Source of the DNA: Octopus vulgaris
Taxonomy: Eukaryota
DNA: 64,000 bases
Direction of reading: 5' to 3'
NCBI GenBank assembly: GCA_951406725.2
Contig: OX597816.1
Span: 93,930,001 to 93,994,000 of the forward strand
Shown: positions 27,025 to 39,805 of the stretch, one piece after another
Position numbering within the stretch: position 1 is the stretch's first letter
Layout: the number at the start of each line of letters is the position of its first letter
Notes under the pieces: generated by a model
The model's input: only the letters and a program-made list of their open reading frames with translations
The model's database searches: none
Told to the model about the DNA's origin: nothing
Translations under genes and position numbers: made by a program

Positions 27025-27310
27025 TGATGGACTCTCCCGTCGAAGACGATGTAGGAGTGTTCAGCTTTTTTGTCGAACGACCTGCACAAATGGTTTGTTT
27101 ATAGTGATCAAATGCTCCATCAAATCAACGTTGTCTGAACAAGTGCACTGTGTACGACGCGTCGGGTGTCGAAGTGATCGCAGAGCAACGTAAGATGGAG
27201 TGTTTTGCTCAAATACACAAGGCAACGCACCACCCAGTCTAGGAATTGAAACTACGATCTCGTGATCGTGAGTGCAACCTCCTAACCACTAGGTCATGTG
27301 CCTCGCAATA
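27025..27310 (-). mobile_element. tRNA/CORE-type SINE (family E)
   Basis: Reverse complement matches 49268-49505 (ATTTGATCACTATAAACAAA..TCGTC..GGGAGAGTCCATC). Confidence 0.7.
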
Positions 27311-27534
27311 ACAACAATAATAAAAAGAACTGTATTTGAAGAATAAATGAGACTATATAAAGGACCCCGATAGAAAGTCAAAGGGATCAGTCTGTAACCT
27401 GAGGTAAGATGTTGCTGTTTTAACTCCTGGTTAACCTCAACTAAACAAAATAATGATCAAAAGTATTCCAGTCATGAACATAAGATAGGGTCCCCAAACA
27501 GCGGGTCGCGAATCATTTTGTCTTTTCATTTCAT

Positions 27535-27800
27535 TTTTTACTCGTTTCAGTCATTAGACTGTGGCCATGCTAGAGCACGCGTACACATTCACACACTCGC
27601 ATATATATATATACACAAAGAGAGAGAGAGAGAGATACTCATCAGGCTTCTTTCTACTTCCGTGTACGAAATCCATTCACAAGTATTTTTCGGGCCAGAG
27701 GCGAAGACATTTTCCCAGGGTACCACGCAGTAAGTCTGAACCCAGGACCATGTAGCTGAGAAACAAATTTCTTACCACAGAGACCACACAGCCACGCCAG
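27535..27800 (-). mobile_element. SINE family B, diverged and deleted
   Basis: GTTTCAGTCATTAGACTGTGGCCATGCT tail and CTGAACCCAGGACCATGTAG head. Confidence 0.7.
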
Positions 27801-28319
27801 ACTAAGTTTTTAAACTTTATTTTATCAACTATTACAGACTGCTATTCTCCGTTGTAATCTTCTAAATTGACCAGCCCAGAACATGTTGTGTTGTGTCATA
27901 ACGAAGTCTTTTCCAGTGACGTTTTGTTTTTCGAATTATATCCTTTATAACTTTTTATGCAAGAACATCAATGAAACAGCGAACTAAACACTTTTTTTTA
28001 CAAACCTTCCGCTTAAGAATTGAATAACTGAACAGCCCTTTCAATCCCTTTCACCCAGTGTATTTTTTCTTTCTTTTTCTTTGGAGGTGGGTAGACGTCG
28101 ACCTTACTGAATTTCAAACTTAGTATCAACTATCAACCCATATCGATCTCACCAGTCTGAGAGCACTGGGAAAGTCATGGACACTGAACCTATTTCAATT
28201 AATTAACTAATTAAAGCAATTTAAAATTTAAGATAGAAAACACATTAACTTCTCTGCGTTGTTATGTTTGCTTGCATATATGCAAAGCAACATAGATATT
28301 GCCACTAACGCTACTCACG

Positions 28320-28556
28320 CGCGCGCGTACTCATATAGCACTCATAAACACACACACGCACGCACACATACTTACTAGAACTCATACACGCACACACACG
28401 CACTCACACACACACACGCTCACGCACACCCACACCATGCAGATACACGTGCACTCACGCAAGAAAATACAAAACGGTAATCAAGTGTGTATTTGTAGGA
28501 AGATAAGTTGAGCAGATTAAAAGTTAATAGTTTACTCAAAATAACTGTATGCACAA

Positions 28557-28618
<62 letters not shown>

Positions 28619-28944
28619 TGTGGGTGTAGGTATATGATCCTGCTTATACACTCACTGTGCTGACTGATGGCTGTCTACATAGATGTGTGTGTGTGTTGCT
28701 TGTGTGTGAGCGTGTGAATGTGTATGTACGTATGTATGTATGTAGTATGTATGTATGTATGTATGTATGTATGCACGTAAGTATGTATGTGTATATATTT
28801 CCCGGGCCGTGCAAAACACTCCATTTCACGTTGCTTTAGGCCAATCAGCTGTAAATGAGTAACTCTCCTTCGACGAACTGGTGTCCTGTCCAGGGGCATG
28901 TTGTGAACACAGTCACCTATGCCTCATCGAACCGGAGTAACCGA

Positions 28945-28987
<43 letters not shown>

Positions 28988-28990
28988 CTT
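28320..28990. repeat. Microsatellite cluster (CA)n,(GA)n,(TATG)n,(TA)n with a short SINE fragment (~28800-28945)
   Basis: Direct reading. Confidence 0.85.
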
Positions 28991-29227
28991 TATCTACTTC
29001 GAAATGTCAATGAAATATATATCGTAGGGTGGTCGCCACATTGTTGATTTGGGAAGCATTAAAATTAAATATTGAATATCTCCCTATATTATTTTGCATT
29101 AACTGTGTATTATTTTATTCTCTTACTAGTTTCACTCATTTAACTGCGGCCACGCTGGAGTACCGCCTTGAATGGTTTTACTCGAACAAATTGACTCCAG
29201 GACAATTTGTAATATATATATATACAT

Positions 29228-29640
29228 AGCAGGTGTGGCTGTGTGGTAAGTAGCTTGCTAACCAACCACATGGTTCCGAGTTCAGTCCCACTGCGTGGCA
29301 CCTTGGGTAAGTGTCTTCTGCCATAGCCCCAGGCCGACCAAAGCCTTGTGAGTGGATTTGGTAGACGGAAACTGAAAGAAGCCTGTCGTATATATGTATA
29401 TATATATATGTGTGTGTTTGTGTGTCTGTGTTTGTCCCCCTAGCATTGCTTGACAACCGATGCTGGTGTGCTTACGTCCCCGTCACTTAGCGGCTCGGCA
29501 AAAGAGAGCGATAGAATAAGTACTGGGCTTACAAAGAATAAGTCCCGCGGTCGATTTGCTCGACTAAAGGTGGTGCTCCAGCATGGCCACAGTCAAATGA
29601 CTGAAACAAGTAAAAGAGTAAAAGAGAGTAAAAAGAGTAA
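29228..29640 (+). mobile_element. SINE family B, full length
   Basis: Head GCAGGTGTGGCTGTGTGGTAAG..GGTTCCGAGTTCAGTCCC, CORE-like TGGCACCTTGGGTAAGTGTCTT and tail (AGTAAAAG)n. Confidence 0.9.
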
Positions 29641-29645
29641 TATAT

Positions 29646-29805
29646 ATGACGGGCTTCTTTCAGTTTCTGTCTACCAAATCTACTCTCAAGACTTTGGTCG
29701 TCCCGAGGCTGTAGTAGAAGACATTTGCCCAAGGTGCCACGCACTGGGACTAAACCCGGAACCATGTAGCTAGGAAGCAAGCTTCTTACCACATAACCAC
29801 ACCTG
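29646..29805 (-). mobile_element. SINE family B 5' half, inverted relative to the adjacent copy
   Basis: Reverse complement of ~29228-29390. Confidence 0.85.
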
Positions 29806-31094
29806 TATGTTTGCGCTTATGTTTTGTATGTATGTAAGCATGTATGTAAGCATGTTTGTGTTGGCAGTAAAATAAGGTGATGAAAGATAAGTAAATGGAT
29901 CTCCGTCAATTTCAACGATGACGAACCAGTTGTTCCACTAAAATGAATTATCATGTAAGTGGCTGAGTATTCCACAGACACGTGTGTGATGAGCGTGACA
30001 ACACGTGACGATGTCATGTATTCTTTACTACAGCTGCAATCTATTCAACGGACTACCGCTCAGTTGCCGTCTACTCAATTTCACTTACGAAGTTCAACTC
30101 AGCTCATTTCAGCTCAGCTCAGCTCACCCCAGGGAATGGTAAAAAGCTCAAGATATCACGCAGCGGCATAGAACCCGGGACCACTTCATTGAGAATCGGC
30201 CTTCGGTACATTATTTCATATGTAATCGGAATTCTACGGTTGTACTCGCATTTCGGTTCTTACGTTATCGTGCTAACCCAATACATTAGATGTTGGTACG
30301 AACGGGTAATCGATTATATCGATCCCAGCACCTGACTTACATTTTATTGTTAGTGTCTGTTCTGGTTCTTTTTTTTTATTATATCACTGGATGGGGAGGT
30401 GAGTCGCTGCTATCTCTTGCAGTCGAGCATTCGTCCTTGACAAGACCACTGAAGGTTGAAATCACGTGATTTTGTACTCTCGGCGCTGGAGATGACGGGG
30501 GATTTATCTGCCTGCTAGCGATATAAACAAGAGAACATATGTACCAAAAGCCATTATAAGAGTTTCTCTCATGATATCTATTGCAGTATAGCTTGTTCTA
30601 ACTGAGCATTCACGTTCACTTTTGCCTCACTTTATTTTAATAATCTTGGAAGGACGAAAGGAAAAGTTGATGTGGGCGAGATTAGAACGCAGATGGTTAA
30701 AGGTATAAACATAAAAAGTTAACCTATAGAACTCAGATCAAATTGTTCTCAGGATCAGATATGATTATTTAAAAAATCATTCCAATGTATCTATGCTTAA
30801 AGCAGGCTACTAATTTCCGTATGATTAGGTACAGATCTTGCCATGGCTGGCATTCTTGTATTTTTAACACCAGAGCAGCTCTCGAATAAAACTATGATCA
30901 AAACCACACCAACTGTAACCTCACTGTCCTCTATATTTTTCAGATATGGTATATCTAGGACTATATTGAGCAATGAGACCTTTTTTTTTTAAGGACAGTA
31001 GAGTATGGTTTGGAAAAAAATGGCTACTTACATATGAGTAGGTAAACGGATGAAAGAAAATAGCACACGACATATTTAGTTAAGAGTGTAAGAG

Positions 31095-31208
31095 CAGGCG
31101 TGGCTGTGTGGTAAGAAGTTTACTTCACAGTCGCATGATTCCAGGTCCAGACCACTATGTGGAACTTTAAGCAAATGTTCTCTGTTATAACTCCGGCCCG
31201 GCCAAAGT
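31095..31208 (+). mobile_element. SINE family B head, fused to a Tc1 fragment
   Basis: GCAGGCGTGGCTGTGTGGTAAGAAG... up to GGCCAAAG. Confidence 0.7.
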
Positions 31209-31590
31209 CAGAGGCTTTGCAACGAAGATTATCCTCCACACTTCTCTTAACAAAGAGAAGGGTCCCGTCAGAGGGCCCTGGTTGATTTGAGCGAGGTGAT
31301 GTGAACTTCTTCCTTTCTCTGGTGAATTGCACAATCACTCTATTAACTGTAGAAAGCGGGACTCCAAGGTTTCCTGCGATTTTACGCTGTCCACCTTCAG
31401 AATGACCCACAATACGGCCTTTTTGAGATTCAGATAGTTCCAAGACTTCTTTCGTACATGGCATGATTAAGCAGTTACATATAGAACCTGAAACATGTAA
31501 ATGTCAATTAATAAAAAATATAAACCTTTACAAGTTAGAATAAACATAAAATGATGTTTCATGGGGTGTCTATTTACTTCTGTCACGTGT
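31205..31590 (-). mobile_element. Tc1-like transposon 5' fragment (N-terminal HTH DNA-binding domain)
   Basis: ORF 31120-31464 reads [47 protein letters not shown], a Tc1 paired-like HTH with a GRP-like motif. Probable TIR CACGTGACAGAAGTAAATAGACACCC at ~31563-31589. Confidence 0.8.
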
Positions 31591-34239
31591 GTGGGTGGGT
31601 GTGTGTGTGCTGTATATTTGTATACATATATACATATTATTTACGTTTGTAATTTATGTGAATAAAACAAACTACGTTTTGCTTTTATCCCCAACCACCC
31701 AGTTGTAGATTTTCGGGTCAAAAAGAAAGTTTCCACAAAAACTTTCTCACCAAGAATTAAACTTTTATTCAAAGAGCGAAACAAAAATACAATCTTTAAT
31801 AATTCTCAAGTTGTCGAGAGAATGAATTACTTTTAAGTGGATCCTCTTGAAATGTGAATGAAATTTGTAAAACAAACAAAATTCGTTATGATGGAAAGAT
31901 ATAAAGAAAAATATCACAAACAGAATTTCTATGTTTCTTAAGTGAGAAATAGTTTAGACTAAAGCAGGGATTCACACATTACGAAATAATACATACCAAC
32001 AAGACACTAATGTTAACACCAACAGCAGTTGGCAACAGCAGCATAAGCAGTGCTAACAACTCAAATATATTGGCGCTGACGTTGGCAGAGAAACTTCTAA
32101 CACGCCACTTTGACGCCATGGCAGGGCGGGCAATGATGTTTGAGTTTTAGTAAAACGATCAAGGAACTCAGCATATGCACACATTCACATTACATCCGCG
32201 CCCGCACAGCCTACACATACTTAGGCACACTCACACATACGCACACAATTTTACTCTTCCCATTTCCCTTTGCATATGTGTATTTTTCTGTTTTGATTTT
32301 CGTTTTCTTCTTTTTATTTCAGTAGCGCACTTAAATACACTCTTATAATATAATAGAATGTACACTAATAAAAGGTTAATGTTTAAAATATTGCATTAGT
32401 TATGATTATTATTTTCAATATTTTTATTGGAACTAATTCTTAAAAGCTTAGGAAAGTCAAAGTTCCAAAAACTGGTGGGATGTAAGTGTTGTAGTGTAAT
32501 TAATTAAATGGAAACGAATCAGAAGTAAAGTTATATAGAACTTCGAGGTTGTTGCTAACCCACTTCCAGCTGCGATTAAAGAGAGTGTCAGCAATGGGCT
32601 TTTAACGTCAAGTGAGGAGTGTTCCTACTTCAAAAAAGAAAAAGAAAAAAAAAAATCCCGAACTACAGAAAACACACTTTTGTGTTATTGTAAGTGTTAT
32701 TGTATACTTGCGTATGTATGTTTGTAACAGTGAGTTGTTTAATACATATTTCAATAGAAACAACCTTCCGCATTCCGAAAAAAAAGCGAAAGTCTTCTTT
32801 GGCTGTTTATGATACAGCATTACCAGTTAACAAGACTATCGAACTGTGATTTTAAAACGAAATGATATCGATTAGTTATCTTTCTTATTTACTCCGGTAT
32901 ACAATATTTCTGTTCAGAAAAGGCAAGTGGTAGTTTAATTACATTTCCTTTTTTACGGTTGACAGATAAGTGTTTCTAGGAAGGTTGACAGCTTGCTTTT
33001 GTCCGAGACTTTGTGTGATTTATTGACAAGATGAGTAAATATACACAAAAAGAACAGCGTTGAGTATATTATCTGATTGTCAGGATTTATTAGGAATAAA
33101 ACATTGTTTTTCATACTTCAAGCAGTACAGTTGGTATTTTGCAAATAGGCGTCCTCTCGATTTTACAAATGTTAAACTCGTAGGCGAATATTTGATAAAT
33201 GGATTGTTTGAACTATACTTTAGGTTTTCTTTTTTGTTTGTGTATGAGATCGGGTAAAATGCTGACGATAAAACCAAAGAGCCTAACAAATAATTTCATT
33301 ATAATTCATTGCTTTCTGAAAATATCCCAAGTAAAACTTGTTTGTAGTTTAGAATCACGACTTTTCTCCACCTTATTGTTATAAATCCAGCTGTTAAACT
33401 ATAAACGAACTGTCTTTTAAATTTAGAAAATGTCGTGTGTAAATTAGTAACTTAACTTTATAGGAACTATTTTTCAATTCAATGATCAGCGTTTTGTTTC
33501 TACTTATCATGAGGCTTTCTTTTCATATATGAACAGAGATCACTAGCTATTGGTCTAGAAATAGAAAAAAGTAACACTTCAGACGATTCTTTATAATAGC
33601 ATATCTGATACAATCATCGAGGTAATACATATGTAGTTAACTTCATCTAGCGTAGGTGTTTTGATTATCAGCTAATCGATTCATGCAAGTTTAATCGACT
33701 AAACATTGACGTAGATTAATTCATTATCTATTTATTAGAACCTGCCGAACAGAAATAAATTATAGATTTGTATTGAAATTGTGTCAATAACTAGATTATA
33801 GAAGTGCAGCGAAAATTCCGGCATGTCATGAAATAAATAAAAAATAAATTTAACAGTTTTAGTGTATTATATTATATCTTTTAAATGGCTCCGACGTAAT
33901 TACTACCGTAACAAAGTAAAATTAAATTCAATGTTTATCACCACAAAGAACCAGATCTTATTTTTCGAAATATACAACACAAAATGGGTTTAGAAGTGGA
34001 AAAATTTATATTTCAATAAAATCAATTTACCAAAACAATCTTATATGAACCATATAAAAGTAATTCATGTTATTCCTTCTATTTTATCTCTAACAACCTC
34101 ATCTCCCTTGTATTTCACAGGTTTTATTACGGTCACATTAAAGAGCTGCCAAGGTCGATAGGTTGTCGAACTATCAGTAAAAGAATTGATGATTTTTATT
34201 CCCTTAGGTGACATTACTCTATCTTTTACTTCTTCAAGC

Positions 34240-34640
34240 GGCTACAATCGAAAAGCGTCTTACGATTTTATGCCAGGAATTTATGTTAACCACTAGCTTT
34301 GGTACATCTTCAGTTGCATGTCGTGTGTTTATACCAAAAACATCGATGTAGTTGAGTGGTTTTCATCCGTTATTAAGGAGAGAAAATCTCCAAAATATAA
34401 CATCACACATGAGCTGTCGTTCAGCACTGTGGTAATGGCTAGCAAAACCTACCTTGCGTTCAGCAACAATAGGAGAGTTGGATGGATTTCATCCATAAAT
34501 CTTCACACTAAGGTTTCGTGTTCACATCATGAAATGTTTTAAGCTCTCAAGCATACACCATCAAGATGATCTGAAAGCTCTTTCCACATAGTCTAGCTTT
34601 CGGCTCCATAGAGAAGAATGATCTCTTTGCATTAGTTCTA
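34240..34640 (-). mobile_element. Degenerate 3' end of an RTE-like LINE
   Basis: Minus-strand remnants: ILLYGAES..KELSDHLDG..IYG..VAERKVGFASH..CDVIFW..PLNYID..SWHKIV, resembling the RTE ORF C-terminus. Confidence 0.6.
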
Positions 34641-35229
34641 TGACCAAGATTTAACCACCACTATCTCTGTCCACCTAACAATAAAAAAGATATGAACAAG
34701 TACATCTTAACACTTTTAACGGAGGAAAACTGCATGATTTGCTAATATTTCGTTAAAATTTGGTGGTTACATTAGTTTGTTCTATTGAGCTGGAGATAGT
34801 GTAAAAAATTTACCTACTCGTCTTCGGAGCAGGCATTTTAATCTCTTATTTCCATTTTTGATTAGCAATGGTTCTTGTTATCATCAGTGTATAATGGCTA
34901 CTGTGGAGCAACCCATACTACGTTAAATTTATCGCATAAACACTTTTATAGCCAATTGATAATGTTACTCAATCAACTACTAGAGAGTGTGCTGAGGCGA
35001 CAACATGGACACAGCCCATGCATAAGTAATCAGAGCGGTATTTCACGGTCGGCTTAACTTTTTCTATAATAACTCATCCTCATTTGAAGCATAGCCTGTA
35101 GTTTTGTTGCTTCAGTTAGATGTAACATTAGTTGTTTGATTATCAACTTTTTGCCATCGCATGGTACTTTATATATATATTTATATAAATCAGGAGGGGC
35201 TCTTCCAAGGGGACTGCCTGTCCACACTG

Positions 35230-36868
35230 CTTTTTGTACTGTGCTTGATACCACTAACACTGATTCTGAGGAAAGCAAAAGCTGGATATGTATTCAAAAG
35301 CTGCCAACAAAATAATCAACTATTTATTATTCATGGATGACCTCAAACTCTATGGTAAAGATGAAGCCTAAGTCAGTTCCCTCGTTGATGCGGTGTATAC
35401 TTTCAGTGCTGATATCAGAATGGAGTTCGGACTGAAAAAATGTGATGTGTTAGTCTTGAAGAGAGACAAAATCAAATGTATGGACGGGTTATCGATACCG
35501 TCGGGGGAGATTATGAAGCAGATAGACGCAACAGGCTATAAGTACTTGGCGATTTGAGAAATGGATAAATTGATGGAGTAAGAAATGACAAAAAAATTTT
35601 AATTGGAGCACTTGCGCAGACTGAGAATGATCCTTAAGTCAAAATTAAACGGACGGAATAAGATTGAAGCTATCAACACCTGGGCGGTTTCACTCCTTAG
35701 ATATGGAGCAGGGTTAATCGCATAGATGGTAGACAAATGAAACAGCTTAGACAGAAAGACAAGTAAGCTGCTAACTAGATATGGGTCACTCCGCCCAAAA
35801 AGTGACATAGACAGATTGTATGTACCAAGAAAAAGAGGGGTAAGAGGACTTATTGGATGCGAACACAGCGTTAGAGCAGAAGAAAACAACATAGCATGGT
35901 ATGTAAAAATGCCACAGAACCGCTATTATTAGAAGTAAGGAGGTCAAGCCTGTGTAAGATGAAAGGTGGCAAAGATAAAGCACTGTACAGGCAATTGAAA
36001 ACGAATGAAACTGAAAATAAGTGGGTACAGAAAAGAATGCATGGACAATTTCATAGGGATGTTGAAGATAAGACAGACAGATAGAGAAAAAGAATGGCTG
36101 TGTATGACTAAAAGTGATTTAAAAGCAGAAGTGGAGGCTCTGATCTGTGCTGCCTAAGAGCATGCACAAAGAACAAACTATATAAAATACACAATAAACA
36201 ACACATCAGAAAGTGATAAGTGCAGAATTTGTTCACAAAATGGTGAAACCGTATGGCATATTATCAGCCAATGTACGCCACTAGCCCAGAAGGAATATAA
36301 GAGACGCCACAACAATATAGCAAGGCTTATCCATGTGACACTTTGTAACAAGTATGGACTTGACAGAGCAAAAAATTGCTACGACCACAAACCCGAAGGC
36401 ATCATCAAAAATGATCATGCAAAGATTCTGTGGGATTTTACGATTCAGTGCGACCATGAGATAGAGTAAGAAGCCTGAGAAAGAAAGCAAACTAATTGAG
36501 AAAGGAAGCACACTATGCTGGATCTTAGATAGCATTGCCCAGCTGACAAGAAAGAAAAGTCGATAGATATGACCGGTTAGCTTGGGAGGTTAAGCTGTTG
36601 TGGTCGATGAAAAAGGTGGTAGTAGAACCAATAATTGTTGGATCCCTGGGAACAGTGAGTAAAAATCTTGAGAAGTACATGGAACAAATAGGAGCTAAAA
36701 TAAGGATGGAGCACTTGCAGAAAGCAGCACTGCTTGAACCACTCGAATACTCCGGAAGGTGCTCGAAAAATAAGAGGTGTTACCTTAGTTCACTGGTAGT
36801 GAAAAGGTGACACCATAGTACATCTCCAGAGTTAGAAGCTGTGCAAAGACAACAACAACAACAACAAC

Positions 36869-36920
<52 letters not shown>
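35230..36920 (+). mobile_element. 5'-truncated R4/Dong-clade non-LTR retrotransposon (RT + zinc knuckle + RLE), pseudogenised
   Basis: FMDDLKLYGK, DIRMEFGLKKC, YKYL, KSKLNGRNKIEAINTWAV, DIDRLYVPRKRG, KRMHGQF, DKCRIC..ETVWHIISQC..EYKRRHN, KILWDFTIQCDH and PIIVGSLG. Multiple stops; ends in (CAA)n(TAA)n. Confidence 0.92.
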
Positions 36921-36922
<2 letters not shown>

Positions 36923-37303
36923 TGGTACTTAATATATCGACCCCGAAAGGATGAAAGGCAAAGTCGACCTCACTGATGTGAAAACGATTTTGCTAGCTAG
37001 CTGCCTTTAATAATAATAATAATCTTTTCTACTTTAGGCACAAGGCCCGAAATTTTGGGGGAGGGTGCTAGTCGATTAGATAGTAAGAAGAAGAAGAAGA
37101 AGATGTTTTTTCAAATTTTGTCACAAGGACAGCCATTTTGAGGGAGAAGGCCAGTCAATTACATCGACCCTAATATTTTACTGGTACTTAATTTATTGAC
37201 ACCGAAAGGATGAAAGGCGAAATTTGAACTCGGAACGTAGCGGCAGACGAAATACCGCGAAGCATTTTGCCCGGCATTCTAACGATTCTGCCAGCTCACT
37301 CCT

Positions 37304-37357
<54 letters not shown>

Positions 37358-37741
37358 GTAATAATTCTTTCTACTGGAAGCACAAGGCCTCAAATTTGGG
37401 GGAAGGGATTAAGTCGATTACATCGACTCCAGTGCGTAACTGGTACTTATGTAATCGACCCCGAAAGAATGAAAGGCAAAGTCGACCTTGGCGGAATTTG
37501 GACTCAGAACGTAGCGGCAGACGAAATACCTGTTTCTTTATTACCCACAAGGGACTAAACATAGAGGGGACAAACAAAGACAGACAAACGGATTAAGTCG
37601 ATTACATCGACCCCAGTGCGTAACTGGTACTTAATTTATCGACCCCGAAAGGATGAAAGGTAAAGTCGACCTCGGCGGAATTTGAACTCAGAACGTAACG
37701 GCAGACGAAATACGGCTAACGTTTCTGCCAGCTCGCCGCCT

Positions 37742-37743
<2 letters not shown>
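36920..37743 (-). mobile_element. Cluster of SINE family A copies and fragments interleaved with (TAA)n, including a heterodimer at ~37365-37743
   Basis: Repeated reverse-complement core ATCGACCCCGAAAGGATGAAAGGCAAAGTCGACC separated by (TAA)n arrays. Confidence 0.85.
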
Positions 37744-37808
<65 letters not shown>

Positions 37809-37819
37809 TAATAAATAGC

Positions 37820-38060
37820 TGCGACACCACCGTCGCATCTCGTCGCCTCCTTACCTCTGACCTTTGGAGACCAGTCAAAATTTGACAGCTTATTTAGCTG
37901 TCAATTTCAGTGTCGACTGACGGGCTGTGTGTAAGAAGAGAAGAAAAAGAAGACTGCGGAAGATCTGTGTCTCCTTTGCTGGAGCCAGATGCCCCTGATT
38001 GCTGCTAGCGCTGCGGTTTATATTATGTGTCGTGCGCGTGTCGTCACCCGAATAAGAATG
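37820..38060. promoter_or_regulatory. Unique CpG-rich segment with a TGACAG palindrome: candidate enhancer, promoter or first exon
   Basis: Non-repetitive and CpG-rich. Contains TTGACAGCT-TATTT-AGCTGTCAA, TGACCTTTG and a minus-strand donor AG|GTAAGG at 37855/37854. Confidence 0.3.
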
Positions 38061-38149
38061 AGGGTGAGGGTGTGGTTCATGCACAGGGGAGAGGAAGGCG
38101 GTTTACAGAAAAAAAAAAGAAAAAAAAAGAAAGGAAAAAAAGCAGAAAA

Positions 38150-38552
38150 GATGAATGCGACTGCGACGGCAGCGACAGCAGTGGCAGGTGTGTGTTCGTG
38201 CGTGTCTGTGTGTGTGGCAGTATGTTGTATTGGCGGCGGCGGCGGCGGCGGTGGTGGTAGTGGTGGTGGTGGTGGTGGCGGCGGCGTAGGAGACGATAAC
38301 AGCAGCAACAGAATTGATCTTTATAATAGTTGGTGGAGGTTTTGAAGGGTGGATGGAGGGCTGCATTGCTGGCTGCAGAAATGATACAGAACTCTAACGA
38401 TGTAATTCAGTCTTCTTCTGTTGTTGTTGTTGTTGGTGTTGTTGACGTCGTCGTTGTTATTGTTGCTGCTGCTGTTGCTATTGTCGCGCTGTTGTTGTCG
38501 TTGTTGTAACTGTTGTTGTGGTAGTGTTGATGGTGGTGGTGGTGGTGGTTGT
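38150..38552. repeat. Low-complexity (GGC)n/(GGT)n/(TGT)n/(TGC)n region
   Basis: Direct reading. Confidence 0.85.
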
Positions 38553-38597
38553 TTCGCCCTGAGTAGGCTCTGACTGAGATTATAAATCATTGGTTCT

Positions 38598-38831
38598 AAG
38601 ACGGCGAGCTGGCAGACACGTTAGCACGCCGGGCGAAATGCTTAGCGGTATTTCGTCTGCCGTTACGTTCTGAGTTCAAATTCCTCCGCGGTCGACTTTG
38701 CCTTTCATCCTTTCGGGGTCGATAAATAAAGTACCAGTTATGCATTGGGGTCGATGTAATCGACTTAATCCTTTTGTCTGTCCTTGTTTGTCCCCCTCTA
38801 TGTTTAGCCCCTTGTGGGTAATAAAGAAATA
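38598..38831 (+). mobile_element. Young full-length SINE family A monomer with 17-bp TSD
   Basis: Complete head/core/tail1, flanked by TATAAATCATTGGTTCT at 38581-38597 and 38832-38848. Confidence 0.92.
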
Positions 38832-38837
38832 TATAAA

Positions 38838-39116
38838 TCATTGGTTCTCTATTCTTTTTTCCCCTTTTTTTTTTTTGCTTATGGGCCCCTTTGATTCCTA
38901 TTTTATTCTATTTGACCCCGCCCTACCCCCACAGCCCTTTGACGTTAAAAAAAATCCCATTATATATTTATAATAAACATAAAAAATTGTATTATATAAT
39001 TTCTTAAAATATTTCGTGCTTTGTAGAAGTTATAACCAATTTATGGCCCATAAACTTTGGCAATAAAATTTTATATGGAACCCCAACGGTAATGTGAACC
39101 CTGATTAAGAACCACA
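38838..39116. mobile_element. hAT-Charlie-like MITE remnant
   Basis: Ends CATTGGTTCTC... and ...TTAAGAACCACAG resemble CAGTGGTTCT/AGAACCACTG TIRs; internal GGCCCC/GACCCC motifs. Confidence 0.5.
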
Positions 39117-39664
39117 GATATAAATGACGACAGGTATCCCCTAGCTGTAGCCATCGCGTTCTTATAACATCTGGCATTACACTCTCTATTATTAGACAGG
39201 ATAGTTTAAGCTGAAAGACCTGCTATTTCTAGCGATTCTGTTTCCATATAGAGGATCACACGTTGGCTCTTGTCGTTTCTGCTGCTGCCGCCGCCGCTGC
39301 TAGTATTTGTTGTTGGTGGTGTTGGTAGTGACAGTGAGGTGGGAAGGACGCGAAGGAGGGGGATTGCTACGGATGACGGACCGTGGTGATGAAAAAATTG
39401 GTGGAGTTGAGATTTGCAGCGGTAGGGCTAAGTAATAGTGTGTAGTATGGCGGGAGAGAGAGAGAGAGATACGGAGACAGACAGACAAACAGAAAGACAG
39501 AAACAGAGAGTGAGTGAGAGAAATCGAGCGTTATGGCAGCGATAGCCGGCGGTGGCGATAGTTATGATGGAGGCGGACAAGGATTTAAGCGTATGATGTG
39601 CTGGGTTTATGACGATGATGGTGGTAGTAAATGTGATGAAAGATTTGGTGGGGATGATACTGGC

Positions 39665-39805
39665 TGCGGCGACGTTGGCGACGTTGGCGGAGGCGGCGAC
39701 GTTGGCGGAGGCGGCGACGTTGGCGGAGGCGGCGATGTTGGCGGAGGCGGCGACGCTGGCGGAGGCGGCGACGCTGGCGGAGGCGGCGACGTTGGCGGAG
39801 GCGGC
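39665..39805. repeat. GC-rich 18-bp minisatellite (GGCGGAGGCGGCGACGTT), ~7 units
   Basis: Direct reading. Confidence 0.9.

Noticed and set aside
37989-38590. Gly/Pro/Gln/Asn-rich transcription-factor-like ORFs (similar at 56417-56986)
   Set aside because: Made of simple repeats and poly-A runs, with no domain motif or consistent exon structure.
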